This document shows, one piece after another, positions 28,464-37,620 of a stretch of 64,000 bases of DNA; within the stretch, counting starts at the first letter, position 1, and each line of letters starts with the position of its first letter. A model generated the notes under the pieces. It had not been told where the DNA came from and did no database searches. It was given only the letters and a program-made list of their open reading frames with translations. Source of the stretch: Mariniphaga sp. (GTDB lineage: Bacteria; Bacteroidota; Bacteroidia; Bacteroidales; Prolixibacteraceae); NCBI GenBank assembly GCA_037128295.1, contig JBAXWR010000004.1:8423-72422 (forward strand), given 5' to 3'. The translations under genes were made by a program, and so were the position numbers.

Positions 28464-28973
28464 ATGAAAATCAAAGTTTTAATAATAATATTGTATTTGG
28501 TAGGTGGTAAAAGTTTCGCCCAGAATCTGAATAATGTCCAGTATCCTCATATGCAGAAACCATCGGCACATAAGGAAATCAAGCTACCCAATATATTGGG
28601 ATATACCACATTGAAGTGCGATTTTCACATGCACCAATTGCTACTTGAAAAAGGGCTGATCAATGGGGTTGAAGTTTTCAATGAACAGGAGTACTATCCC
28701 ATTGTTCTCGATTGGTGCCTCAATCGAAATATGGCCGTGATCAGCAATTCTGATATTCACGATGTCACAGCTAATAGGAAGAACAAAGCGTTGTATGAGA
28801 TCAGCAATGTTTCAGCCATTCCATTTGATGTAGAAACCTCAAAAGGGGACAAATTATTTATTCCAGCAGATTCCTCAATAATCATGCCTCTTGACTCGTT
28901 CAACTATAAAGGACTGAAAATCAGGAATCTTTTTACGGGTTCAAAATCAAATCTAAAAGTGAACTTACTTTGA
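28464..28973 (+). CDS. PHP-domain phosphoesterase-like protein, apparently internally deleted (possible pseudogene)
   Basis: 169 aa. It has a signal peptide, then LKCDFHMH (PHP metal motif 1) joined directly to a late-domain segment (GLINGVEVFNEQEYYP...NSDIHD). Full-length PHP esterases of this type are roughly twice as long. Confidence 0.4.
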   Translation: MKIKVLIIILYLVGGKSFAQNLNNVQYPHMQKPSAHKEIKLPNILGYTTLKCDFHMHQLLLEKGLINGVEVFNEQEYYPIVLDWCLNRNMAVISNSDIHDVTANRKNKALYEISNVSAIPFDVETSKGDKLFIPADSSIIMPLDSFNYKGLKIRNLFTGSKSNLKVNLL

Positions 28974-28986
28974 TAAATAATTTGTA

Positions 28987-30354
28987 ATGTCAATAAATCC
29001 AGACATATTGGTCACCGAAGGTGATGTAAATTTCTCCGATGAGAGAAGGAGATGGGATCAAGATATAACAGATCCTTTGACCAGAAAGATCCTGGACGAT
29101 GATGCCCGATATTTTCTGCACCAATCGTTGTCGACCCCTTGCCTTGATGTTCTTGAAAAATGCAAAGGAAGTGGGATGATAACGTTATCCGGAAGATATT
29201 TACTTGATTTTCACGGAAATAATGTTCATCAACTGGGTTTTGGGAATGACTTTGTAATTGACCGAATTAAGGAACAAATGGAATCGCTCCCCTTCTCGCC
29301 CCGAAGGTACACCAATCAACCGGCAGTCGAGCTTGCAGAAAAACTGGCAAGTCTGTTGCCTGGTGACCTGAACCGGTGTTTGTTTGCCCCCGGTGGCACC
29401 TCCGCAGTTGGGATGGCTTTGAAGCTGGCGAGGTTGGTTTCTGGGAAATATAAGGTAATATCTCTTTACGATTCTTTTCATGGTGCCTCGCTTGATGCCA
29501 TTTCAGTAGGTGGTGAAGCTGCATTTCGGCAGTATATGGGTCCATTAATGCCTGGTGTTGTCTCCATTCCGCCCCCAACAACCTATCGGGGAATTTTTGG
29601 CCACAGCGAAGCCGATCAGATCAAATATGCCGATTATCTTGAATATGTCATTGAAAAAGAAGGAGATATTGGTGCTTTTATTGCCGAAACGGTGCGGAAC
29701 ACAGATGTACAGATCCCATCAAAAGCTTATTGGCAAAGGGTTAGGGAAATTTGCACCAAACATGGGGTCATACTTATCCTCGATGAAATCCCGATTGCCC
29801 TTGGACGAACCGGCAAAATGTTCGCATTCGAAAACTTCGGTATCGAACCTGACATCCTTTGCCTTGGGAAAGGCCTGGGTGGAGGAATAATACCTTTTGC
29901 AGCAATTGTTACAAGGGACAGCTACAACGTTGCACAGGATGTCTCACTTGGACATTACACACATGAGAAGAATCCACTTGGAAGCGTTGCAGGTCTGGCT
30001 ACAATAACTTATATAGAAGATCACAAATTACTTGAAAAAGTGGCTGAAAATGGATCGTATATGCTTGACAGATTGTATCGGTTAAAAAAACAGTTCCCAT
30101 TAATTGGCGATATACGTGGTTTGGGTTTTCTTTGGGGAATAGAACTGGTTAAAGATCAGTTAACCAAAGAGAAGGCCACAGAAGAAGCAGAAAAGGTTAT
30201 GTACAATTGTATGCGCAATGGGTTAAGCTTTAAGGTTTCGCAGGGAAATGTCCTTCAGCTTTCGCCGGCCCTGACCATTAGCCGCGATGAATTGCAAACA
30301 GCCTTATCCATACTGATGGTCGTATTTGACAAATTGTCCGAACATCAAATTTGA
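28987..30354 (+). CDS. Class-III (fold type I) PLP enzyme; PbfA-like candidate (R)-1-hydroxy-2-aminoethylphosphonate ammonia-lyase, or an aminotransferase
   Basis: 455 aa with class-III aminotransferase motifs (GGTSAVGMALKLAR, LDEIPIALGRTGKMFAFE, CLGKGLGGG). The assignment to PbfA rests on genomic context only. Confidence 0.55.
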   Translation: MSINPDILVTEGDVNFSDERRRWDQDITDPLTRKILDDDARYFLHQSLSTPCLDVLEKCKGSGMITLSGRYLLDFHGNNVHQLGFGNDFVIDRIKEQMESLPFSPRRYTNQPAVELAEKLASLLPGDLNRCLFAPGGTSAVGMALKLARLVSGKYKVISLYDSFHGASLDAISVGGEAAFRQYMGPLMPGVVSIPPPTTYRGIFGHSEADQIKYADYLEYVIEKEGDIGAFIAETVRNTDVQIPSKAYWQRVREICTKHGVILILDEIPIALGRTGKMFAFENFGIEPDILCLGKGLGGGIIPFAAIVTRDSYNVAQDVSLGHYTHEKNPLGSVAGLATITYIEDHKLLEKVAENGSYMLDRLYRLKKQFPLIGDIRGLGFLWGIELVKDQLTKEKATEEAEKVMYNCMRNGLSFKVSQGNVLQLSPALTISRDELQTALSILMVVFDKLSEHQI

Positions 30355-30423
30355 ATCCCTATGTATAATACTAATATAAATACCTAATAATTAATTACAT
30401 ACAAATCATTAAATTCCAATCAC

Positions 30424-30963
30424 ATGTTAATAAACACACATATTATAATTCTGATATTCCTTCTGTTTTCTGGAAGGACTTTTTCGCAGGATGCTTTGGC
30501 AATGTCAGATTCTGGAGATGCCAAAAGCAATGGTTCTTTAACTTCGGGTTTGCCAGTTTTTGAATTCAGGGTATATGCCAATAACAATGATCTCGATGCC
30601 ATCACCAAAGACATGGCAGGTGAGCATATATTGGGTGAGTTGGCTTCCAGAAAATTGTACTTGCTTGAATCAAAATACACGTTCGAAGTGCCGACCGTAC
30701 CGGGCAACCCTCAAACAAGAACAATGGTGCGAAAACCCGTCATTTACGATGCAGTGAAAAAAGTTGAACGTTACTTCAAAAAATCTGTCAAAAAAGGAGA
30801 GGTTCCACTTGAGGCAGCGTCAGAAGAATTCAACAAAGTTTTGGATGTTGCAATCAATGTACTTACCGCCGATACCAGGAACTTCGAAAAAACGATCAGC
30901 AAAACTGAAGATATGGTATCCTTAATCAACCTGTTGACAAAAAGAGTAAACCTCGTGTTATAG
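30424..30963 (+). CDS. Secreted hypothetical protein
   Basis: 179 aa with a signal peptide (ILIFLLFSGRTFSQ). I recognise no motif. Confidence 0.5.
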   Translation: MLINTHIIILIFLLFSGRTFSQDALAMSDSGDAKSNGSLTSGLPVFEFRVYANNNDLDAITKDMAGEHILGELASRKLYLLESKYTFEVPTVPGNPQTRTMVRKPVIYDAVKKVERYFKKSVKKGEVPLEAASEEFNKVLDVAINVLTADTRNFEKTISKTEDMVSLINLLTKRVNLVL

Positions 30964-31006
30964 TCCATAAGAATCAAAAATTAAATTATTGATTTATTGA
31001 TATTTA

Positions 31007-31022
31007 CAGTATAATTATACTG
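31007..31022. promoter_or_regulatory. Perfect 16-bp palindrome CAGTATAATTATACTG upstream of susC-like gene
   Basis: Verified self-complementary by hand. It lies 59 bp upstream of the ATG at 31081 and is preceded by a TTATTGA direct repeat. Confidence 0.35.
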
Positions 31023-31080
31023 CAATATGCCTAAGTTGTGTCAAAAAAAACAAGTATGTATAATTTCTAATTCTTTTAAA

Positions 31081-34000
31081 ATGCAAAGAACTATTATTTT
31101 ATCAATTCTGGTTATGCTGTTTGGAACTTCACTTTATGCCCAAAAAGCAAAAATTGAAGGAACAGTTAAAATCGGCAATGGGGAAACGTTGCCGGGTGCA
31201 ACCGTTCTCCTGAAAGGCACCACAACCGGTGCAATGACCACTGGAGATGGGAAATTCACCCTTATGGCCGAACCCAAGGACATCATTGTCGTTTCTTACA
31301 TTGGATTTGAATCCAAAGAGGTTGCGGTTGGCAATCAAAAAGTTATTGTTATTACCCTTGAGGAGGCAAAAGAGCAGATAAAGGAAGTAATTGTTACGGC
31401 TTTAGGTATCGAAAAACAAAAAAGCACAATTGGATTTGCCGTTCAGGGTGTGAAAGGTAGTGAGATGGTCAAAGCCAGGGAACCCAATGCTATCAATTCC
31501 CTGACAGGGAAAGTGGCAGGATTAACGGTTGGCGCATCCTCCGAAATACTTGGGTCCCCAACTGTTCTGCTTCGCGGATATGCCCCGCTTTATGTTGTTG
31601 ATGGTGTTCCGGTGCAAACCGATACCTGGAATATCAATCCGGACGATATCGAAAGCTACACCATTCTGAAAGGGCCGAGCGCGGCAGCCTTATACGGTTC
31701 AAGAGGACAATATGGTGCTATCCAGATTACTACCAAACGGGGTACTGGCGACAAACGCGGATTTGTGGTTGATTTTAATTCAAGCACCATGGTCGAAAGT
31801 GGTTTTCTGGCTATTCCTAAAGTTCAGGATGAATATGGCCCAGGCGACCATGGAATATACGCATTTGCTGATGGGAAAGGGGGCGGTTTAAACGATGGTG
31901 ATTATGATGTTTGGGGGCCAAAGTTTGATGGGCAATTGATCCCGCAATATGATGGCCTATACACACCAGGAACTTCTTATACCACAACTTTCGCAAATGG
32001 TTCGACCTATAAAGGAAATATTAAACCAACACCCTATATTGCACGGGGTAAAGACAACCTGAAACGTTTTCTTGAGCCAGGCCTTTTATCCAACAACAGC
32101 GTTTCCCTATCGGCAAGTGGCGACAAATACGATCTCCGGTTTTCTGCTTCGCATAGCTACCAGAATGGTATCGTGCCAAATACTTCGCTCAATATCACCA
32201 ACTTTAACCTAACTGGAGGTTACAACATTTCGAAGAAGCTTCGTGTTAGTGCAAATATGGCTTTTAGCCGTCAATACACTCCCAATGTTCCGGACGTCAC
32301 CTATGGACCAAACAGTATTATATACAACATTATAGCCTGGGGTGGGGCTGATTGGAATATTGCCGATATGCGTAACTACTGGCAACCCGGGAAAGAGGGT
32401 GTTCAATCAATCTATGCTGAATATCAACGTTACCACAATCCCTATTTTATGTCATATGAATGGCTGCGGGGTCACTATAAAAGCGACCTAACAGGGAATG
32501 CTGCCATATCGTACAAAGTCAACAATTACCTGAGTTTGCAGGCCCGTACCGCCATTTCAACCTACGACTTGTTCCTGTCTGAAAAACTTCCTTTCTCTGC
32601 CCACCCTTATGGGCGTGAAGCAGGTGAAGGCGATTACCGGGAAGACAAGCGCAACTTATTCGAGAACAATACCGATATTCTTTTATCATACGACCGTTAT
32701 GTCACTCCCAAGATTAGTTTACACGCAACTGCCGGGGGAAATATCCGTTCATATAATTTCAGGAGCAGCTACTCATCGACTGACTATTTGAACGTTCCCG
32801 GATGGTATAACCTGAGCAACTCTAAAAATCCGGTAAAATCGTACAATTACAATGCCCCAATGCAGGTATTAAGCGCCTATGCAACCGCCGACCTTACTTA
32901 CAATGATTTCCTGACATTGTCGTTAACAGGCCGTGCCGATGAAAACTCAACATTGCCTGTTGGCAACAATACTTATTTTTATCCTTCAGTTTCTACAAGT
33001 ATCGAGCTTTCGAAATTAGTGACCATCCCTCACGTTAAAACATGGAAAGTTAGGGGTTCGTATGCCAATGTTGGAAGTGCGCTCACTTCCTCAACAATCG
33101 GATCAACCGACGAAGTTCTCGGATCTACGGTTGTAGGGTATGGAAGCAGTTACAGATCGCCCTATGATGGACCAACCTATAAAAATTCATCTTCTTATGG
33201 CATTAACCTGATCCAGGGAAAACCAGCCGCTACCTATACCAATGCCATTTCAAATCCAAACCTGAAACCAAGTTCAAGTTCGGCATGGGAAGTCGGAACG
33301 GATGTTGGTCTGTTTGAAAATAGGCTCATGTTCGACGCAACTTATTTTTCGAGCATCGATGGCCCACAAATCTTCTCGTTGCCAATTTCGGGGGCGACCG
33401 GATATTCATCGGCACTCGTGAATGGGATCAAAGTTCAGCGGAAAGGGATCGAAATTAGTGTTGCAGGCTCGCCAATACGCAATGCCAAAGGCTTTAGCTG
33501 GGACATTTCGGCAAACTATTCGACCAATCAACAATACCTGAAAGAAATTTATCCTGGCGTTGAAAAACTCAATATCTATTTGAAAGTTGGTGACCGCATG
33601 GATAAAATGTACGGTACGGACTTTGTCAGGACTTCTGACGGGACAATTATAAACGATGCCAGCGGCCGACCAATCAAAAACTCGGTTTCTCAATTCCTTG
33701 GAAATGCAAATTCAAATTGGGTCGGAGCCATTAACAACACGTTGTCGTACAAAAATTTCAGTTTGAAATTTCAGTTTGATGGTCGTTTTGGCGGTTCCAT
33801 TATTGACTATGTTGAAAAGAAAACCTACCAGGGAGGACGACACATCAACACCGTACTTGGTGATATGGGAGCTGCCAGGTTAAACGACACCAAAGGCATT
33901 AAATCGTATGTTGGTCAAGGGGTAGTTGTTAGCAATGGACAGGCAATCGAATACGATTCTGACGGAAATGTGACAAACTACAGCAAACTTCAGTTTGCTC

Positions 34001-34305
34001 CAAATACAACTGTGACTTATCTACAGGATTATATCAGCCGTTACTATGGGACCGATGTGGCAGACCGTATCAGCCGTACTTTTGTCAAATTACGCGAAGT
34101 CGTTCTGACCTACAACTTTCCTCAGGCATTCCTCAGCAAGACTCTAATCAAACAAGCAAGTATCTCTTTCGTTGGCCGTAACCTCTTGTATTTTGCTGAA
34201 AGAAGCGATATCGATATCGAACAATATGCAAATACGAGTGGATCCTCCGGGCTTCAAACGCCAACAACGCGCCGCTATGGGTTTAACCTGAATATCAGCT
34301 TCTAA
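31081..34305 (+). CDS. SusC/RagA-family TonB-linked outer membrane transporter
   Basis: The ATG at 31081 gives a signal peptide (MQRTIILSILVMLFGTSLYAQ). It has a CarbopepD_reg domain (IEGTVKIGNGETLPGATVLLKG), a plug, and a 22-strand-type barrel ending YGFNLNISF. A SusD-like gene follows. Confidence 0.9.
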   Translation: MQRTIILSILVMLFGTSLYAQKAKIEGTVKIGNGETLPGATVLLKGTTTGAMTTGDGKFTLMAEPKDIIVVSYIGFESKEVAVGNQKVIVITLEEAKEQIKEVIVTALGIEKQKSTIGFAVQGVKGSEMVKAREPNAINSLTGKVAGLTVGASSEILGSPTVLLRGYAPLYVVDGVPVQTDTWNINPDDIESYTILKGPSAAALYGSRGQYGAIQITTKRGTGDKRGFVVDFNSSTMVESGFLAIPKVQDEYGPGDHGIYAFADGKGGGLNDGDYDVWGPKFDGQLIPQYDGLYTPGTSYTTTFANGSTYKGNIKPTPYIARGKDNLKRFLEPGLLSNNSVSLSASGDKYDLRFSASHSYQNGIVPNTSLNITNFNLTGGYNISKKLRVSANMAFSRQYTPNVPDVTYGPNSIIYNIIAWGGADWNIADMRNYWQPGKEGVQSIYAEYQRYHNPYFMSYEWLRGHYKSDLTGNAAISYKVNNYLSLQARTAISTYDLFLSEKLPFSAHPYGREAGEGDYREDKRNLFENNTDILLSYDRYVTPKISLHATAGGNIRSYNFRSSYSSTDYLNVPGWYNLSNSKNPVKSYNYNAPMQVLSAYATADLTYNDFLTLSLTGRADENSTLPVGNNTYFYPSVSTSIELSKLVTIPHVKTWKVRGSYANVGSALTSSTIGSTDEVLGSTVVGYGSSYRSPYDGPTYKNSSSYGINLIQGKPAATYTNAISNPNLKPSSSSAWEVGTDVGLFENRLMFDATYFSSIDGPQIFSLPISGATGYSSALVNGIKVQRKGIEISVAGSPIRNAKGFSWDISANYSTNQQYLKEIYPGVEKLNIYLKVGDRMDKMYGTDFVRTSDGTIINDASGRPIKNSVSQFLGNANSNWVGAINNTLSYKNFSLKFQFDGRFGGSIIDYVEKKTYQGGRHINTVLGDMGAARLNDTKGIKSYVGQGVVVSNGQAIEYDSDGNVTNYSKLQFAPNTTVTYLQDYISRYYGTDVADRISRTFVKLREVVLTYNFPQAFLSKTLIKQASISFVGRNLLYFAERSDIDIEQYANTSGSSGLQTPTTRRYGFNLNISF

Positions 34306-34342
34306 TCTTAGGTATAATTTACAAAATTTAAATTACACAGTA

Positions 34343-35833
34343 ATGAAAAATATATTTCTCTTTGTGGTCGTGCTATTCGTGGCATTATCATCATGTCAAA
34401 AATTCTCTGATCTCGAAAAAGATCCAAATCGTCCTGGCAATGTGCCCCCTTCATTGGTCTTTACAAGTGTACTTTACAGCACTTATTATGCCCCCTGGAG
34501 CGATGTACAACGCTGGAACCAGTTCTATTGCAGCAATTATGCCTATTATGCGGAACAGAAATACGACTGGACCACAACGAGCTTCAATTATTCGCAATTG
34601 AAGAATGTCAACCAAATGATTGCTGAAGCAAAACGCATTGGGTTGGCCGATACCAATCCATATTCGGCGATTGGGAAGTTCTACAAAGCATTTTTCTTTG
34701 TGGATATGAGTATGAGACTGGGCGATGTGCCCTTAACCGAGGCATTGAAGAGTTTGGATAACACCATGCCAAAGTACGACACTCAAAAAGCGGTATTCCA
34801 ACAAGTGCTGACATGGCTCGAAGAATCAAATACTGATCTTCAGTCACTGATCAACAGCGGGGACCAAACGCTTACCGGAGATTTCATGCTCAACAACGAC
34901 TTGAAAAAATGGCAAAAAGTAGTCAATTCATACAAATTGCGGGTACTGATTGCTTTGAGCAAAAAAGAATCGGACACAGATCTGAACATCAAAACGTTGT
35001 TTGCAAATGTGGTAAATAATCCGACTAAATACCCTGTAATGACTTCACTTGACGACAATCTGAAATTCACCTACAACAATTCAACCGACAAATATCCGCT
35101 TAATCAGGATAATTACGGTCAGACTGCTACACGTAACAATATGTCGGCTACTTATCTGAATACCCTTGCTTTGTTAAAGGATCCACGCACTTTCATTGTT
35201 GCCGACCCTGCCCCTGCCAAAATTAGAGCTGGATTAACTGCTTCTGATTTTGGTGCTTATGTTGGTGCAAGTTCCGGTGAAAGCCTTGACGATATGTCAA
35301 CTAAAATGTTGAATGGGGAATATTCGTCAATCAGCAAAAGCAAATACTACAGTTCATACGTTGGTGAACCTTGCATCCAAATCGGTTATTCCGAATTGTG
35401 TTTCAATATTGCAGAAGCGATCACTCGGGGTTGGTTATCGGGTAATGCCGAAAATTATTATATCAATGGGATCAAAGCATCCTGGGCATTCCATGGTGTT
35501 GCATCAGTTGACTTAAAATGGGACGCATACTATTCCCAGGCGACTGTTAAGCTGAACGGCACTGTATCAGAGGCACTAAAGCAAATACTGACCCAAAAGT
35601 ACCTTGCTTTTTTCCAGAATTCGGGATGGGAAGCATATAACAACTATCGGCGCACCGGTGTTCCGGCCTTCCTTACCGGAACAGGAACAGCCAATAGCGG
35701 GAGAATTGCTAAAAGGTGGCAGTACCCAAGTCCCGAAAGGACAACAAATTCCGTCAATTACAAAGCTTCTCTGGTCAGTCAATTTGGAACCGAAACTGAC
35801 GATATCAATGCAGATATCTGGATACTTAAATGA
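34343..35833 (+). CDS. SusD/RagB-family nutrient-binding outer membrane lipoprotein
   Basis: 496 aa with a lipobox (VALSSC) and a TPR-like helical core. It lies immediately downstream of susC-like. Confidence 0.85.
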   Translation: MKNIFLFVVVLFVALSSCQKFSDLEKDPNRPGNVPPSLVFTSVLYSTYYAPWSDVQRWNQFYCSNYAYYAEQKYDWTTTSFNYSQLKNVNQMIAEAKRIGLADTNPYSAIGKFYKAFFFVDMSMRLGDVPLTEALKSLDNTMPKYDTQKAVFQQVLTWLEESNTDLQSLINSGDQTLTGDFMLNNDLKKWQKVVNSYKLRVLIALSKKESDTDLNIKTLFANVVNNPTKYPVMTSLDDNLKFTYNNSTDKYPLNQDNYGQTATRNNMSATYLNTLALLKDPRTFIVADPAPAKIRAGLTASDFGAYVGASSGESLDDMSTKMLNGEYSSISKSKYYSSYVGEPCIQIGYSELCFNIAEAITRGWLSGNAENYYINGIKASWAFHGVASVDLKWDAYYSQATVKLNGTVSEALKQILTQKYLAFFQNSGWEAYNNYRRTGVPAFLTGTGTANSGRIAKRWQYPSPERTTNSVNYKASLVSQFGTETDDINADIWILK

Positions 35834-35869
35834 GGTTGAATTTGGGTGAAGTTCAATCTGTTAAATTGG

Positions 35870-35906
35870 AAAACCATTACAGTTTTAGGCTGTAATGGTT
35901 TTATTT
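35870..35906 (+). terminator. Intrinsic terminator AAAACCATTACAG-N7-CTGTAATGGTTTT
   Basis: 13-bp perfect stem (35870-35882 / 35890-35902) followed by ATTT. Confidence 0.75.
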
Positions 35907-35930
35907 ACAATATCTTTCAATTATTTAACT

Positions 35931-36269
35931 ATGAGCAATTTTAATGTACATAAACTTGGAGAAGGGCGATATTATGTAGCACTGCTTTCCAATGAAGGTT
36001 ACGTAATTCTTCGCGGAAATGAATGTTCTGATTTAACAAAAATCAACGAGTCAATAGAAACCATACGGGCAAGTTCAAGCGATCTGTCAAAATACGAAAA
36101 AAAGATATCCAGCGATGGGAAGTTCTATTTTAAACTTCTTGGACCGGACGGGACATTGTTGGCCAGAAGTAAAATTTTTGAAACTGAAGAAGAACGATCT
36201 GTAGGTATTACCTGGGTTAGGCAAAATACTCTTTTTGCAACTGTCCAAAGCTGGAATATCAATCTATAA
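35931..36269 (+). CDS. YegP-family (tandem DUF1508) protein
   Basis: The ATG at 35931 starts the protein. There are two repeats of the Y-(F/V)-x-L-x-x-x-N-G-x-V-(I/L) type (GRYYVALLSNEGYVILRG; GKFYFKLLGPDGTLLARS). Confidence 0.7.
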   Translation: MSNFNVHKLGEGRYYVALLSNEGYVILRGNECSDLTKINESIETIRASSSDLSKYEKKISSDGKFYFKLLGPDGTLLARSKIFETEEERSVGITWVRQNTLFATVQSWNINL

Positions 36270-36306
36270 TTTTTTATTAATCAAATTATTACAATACGCA
36301 TTATTC

Positions 36307-36633
36307 ATGGGAACTTTTATTGTAACAAAAAATGCAGATGGGCACTATTTCATCAAACTTAAAGGGAAGAATGGGAAAGTGATGCTGAATAGCCTGAGAT
36401 ATCTTTCCAAATCGGTCTGTAAAAGTGAAATAGAGACCATTCGTATAACTGCAACAGATAATCTAAAATACGAATATAGAAAAACTTTTGATGGCAAATT
36501 CTATTTCAGGCTTAAATCTGCACTAGGTGAAGTGTTGGGGCACAGTAAATTATTTGATTCGGCAGAATTGCGAGACTCCGAAATAGAAATGGTTAGGAAA
36601 ATTGCACCTGTTGCCATGGTAAGTGTCTTTTAA
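36307..36633 (+). CDS. YegP-family (tandem DUF1508) protein, paralog
   Basis: The ATG at 36307 starts the protein. Repeats: GHYFIKLKGKNGKVMLNS and GKFYFRLKSALGEVLGHS. Confidence 0.7.
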   Translation: MGTFIVTKNADGHYFIKLKGKNGKVMLNSLRYLSKSVCKSEIETIRITATDNLKYEYRKTFDGKFYFRLKSALGEVLGHSKLFDSAELRDSEIEMVRKIAPVAMVSVF

Positions 36634-36657
36634 TCAATAATTTGTCAATAATCAATT

Positions 36658-36697
36658 AAACCGGATAAGGCATAACTGCCCTTCCGGTTTTTTATTT
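36658..36697. terminator. Bidirectional hairpin AAACCGGA...TCCGGTTT plus T-run between convergent genes
   Basis: 8-bp outer stem (36658-36665 / 36683-36690) with further inner pairing. TTTTTTATTTT follows on the plus strand. Confidence 0.6.
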
Positions 36698-36714
36698 TCA
36701 TAACTTTTTTAAAT

Positions 36715-37560
36715 TTACTTGTTCGGGGCTTTTTCTTTGCCGCTTTTTTTGTGTTCTGGCTTGGGTTCTTTATGTCCTATCTGTTCCTGGTCTATATCCT
36801 TGATATCTTGATTTATATCACTAATATCATCGTCATTTTTTGAAAAAAGTGATATTATTAAGTTGCGATATTCCCTATAAAAATCGGGTTGATCGATTTC
36901 CACCAATAAAACAAACTGATCAATTTTATTGAAAATTAGTTTTTTTGATTGTTTGTTAATTTCTTTTATTTTATTGGCCAATTTTTCTTTTTCTTCAACC
37001 TCAACCTGATATTGGACCTTGGCCTCAATAAACCGAAGTAACGCCTCTTCAAGGTTTTTTATCATTTCAGGATTTAATCCGAATCTTTTTTCGAACTTGT
37101 TGATATTTTTTAAATTATCGGGATTTAGCGATGCCTTTATTTTGTTGACAAAGGTGAGTGCATATCCTCCAAACTTATTGGCAATCAGCCAGTTTTTTTT
37201 CGCAATTTTTATTAATTCATCATCAGTACAATTTTGGATGTACTCAAGATTAAGGTGATACAACCTTTGTTGAAGCTTCATTTTCATTTTGTCATTGGCA
37301 AAAGTCTGCATAATCCGGACAATAGTCAAGACCTTTTCTTCCAATTGCTTTCTTCTGATGTTCTTTTCAACGTCAAAAGTTGACAAATCCTTACCAAATA
37401 AAACAAACAGTTCGTCCAATTTTACCTGGTTGGAAACAAGTTGATCGTAAACATGTTGAAATTTGGTATTGTTATGCCAAACTATTGAATATTTGGATAA
37501 TACACCAATTATTTGTGCATTTCTATCCAGTTTTGTTGAAAAATCACTAATTCTTTCCAT
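36715..37560 (-). CDS. Hypothetical coiled-coil protein with acidic/lysine-rich tail
   Basis: 281 aa with no recognisable motif. It lies 60 nt downstream of the PiT gene on the same strand. Confidence 0.5.
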   Translation of the reverse strand: MERISDFSTKLDRNAQIIGVLSKYSIVWHNNTKFQHVYDQLVSNQVKLDELFVLFGKDLSTFDVEKNIRRKQLEEKVLTIVRIMQTFANDKMKMKLQQRLYHLNLEYIQNCTDDELIKIAKKNWLIANKFGGYALTFVNKIKASLNPDNLKNINKFEKRFGLNPEMIKNLEEALLRFIEAKVQYQVEVEEKEKLANKIKEINKQSKKLIFNKIDQFVLLVEIDQPDFYREYRNLIISLFSKNDDDISDINQDIKDIDQEQIGHKEPKPEHKKSGKEKAPNK

Positions 37561-37620
37561 ATTGATTTAATTTTTAGTTTGATGCACCTATTTTAGCAAT
37601 TATTTAGAATTAAAAGTCAT

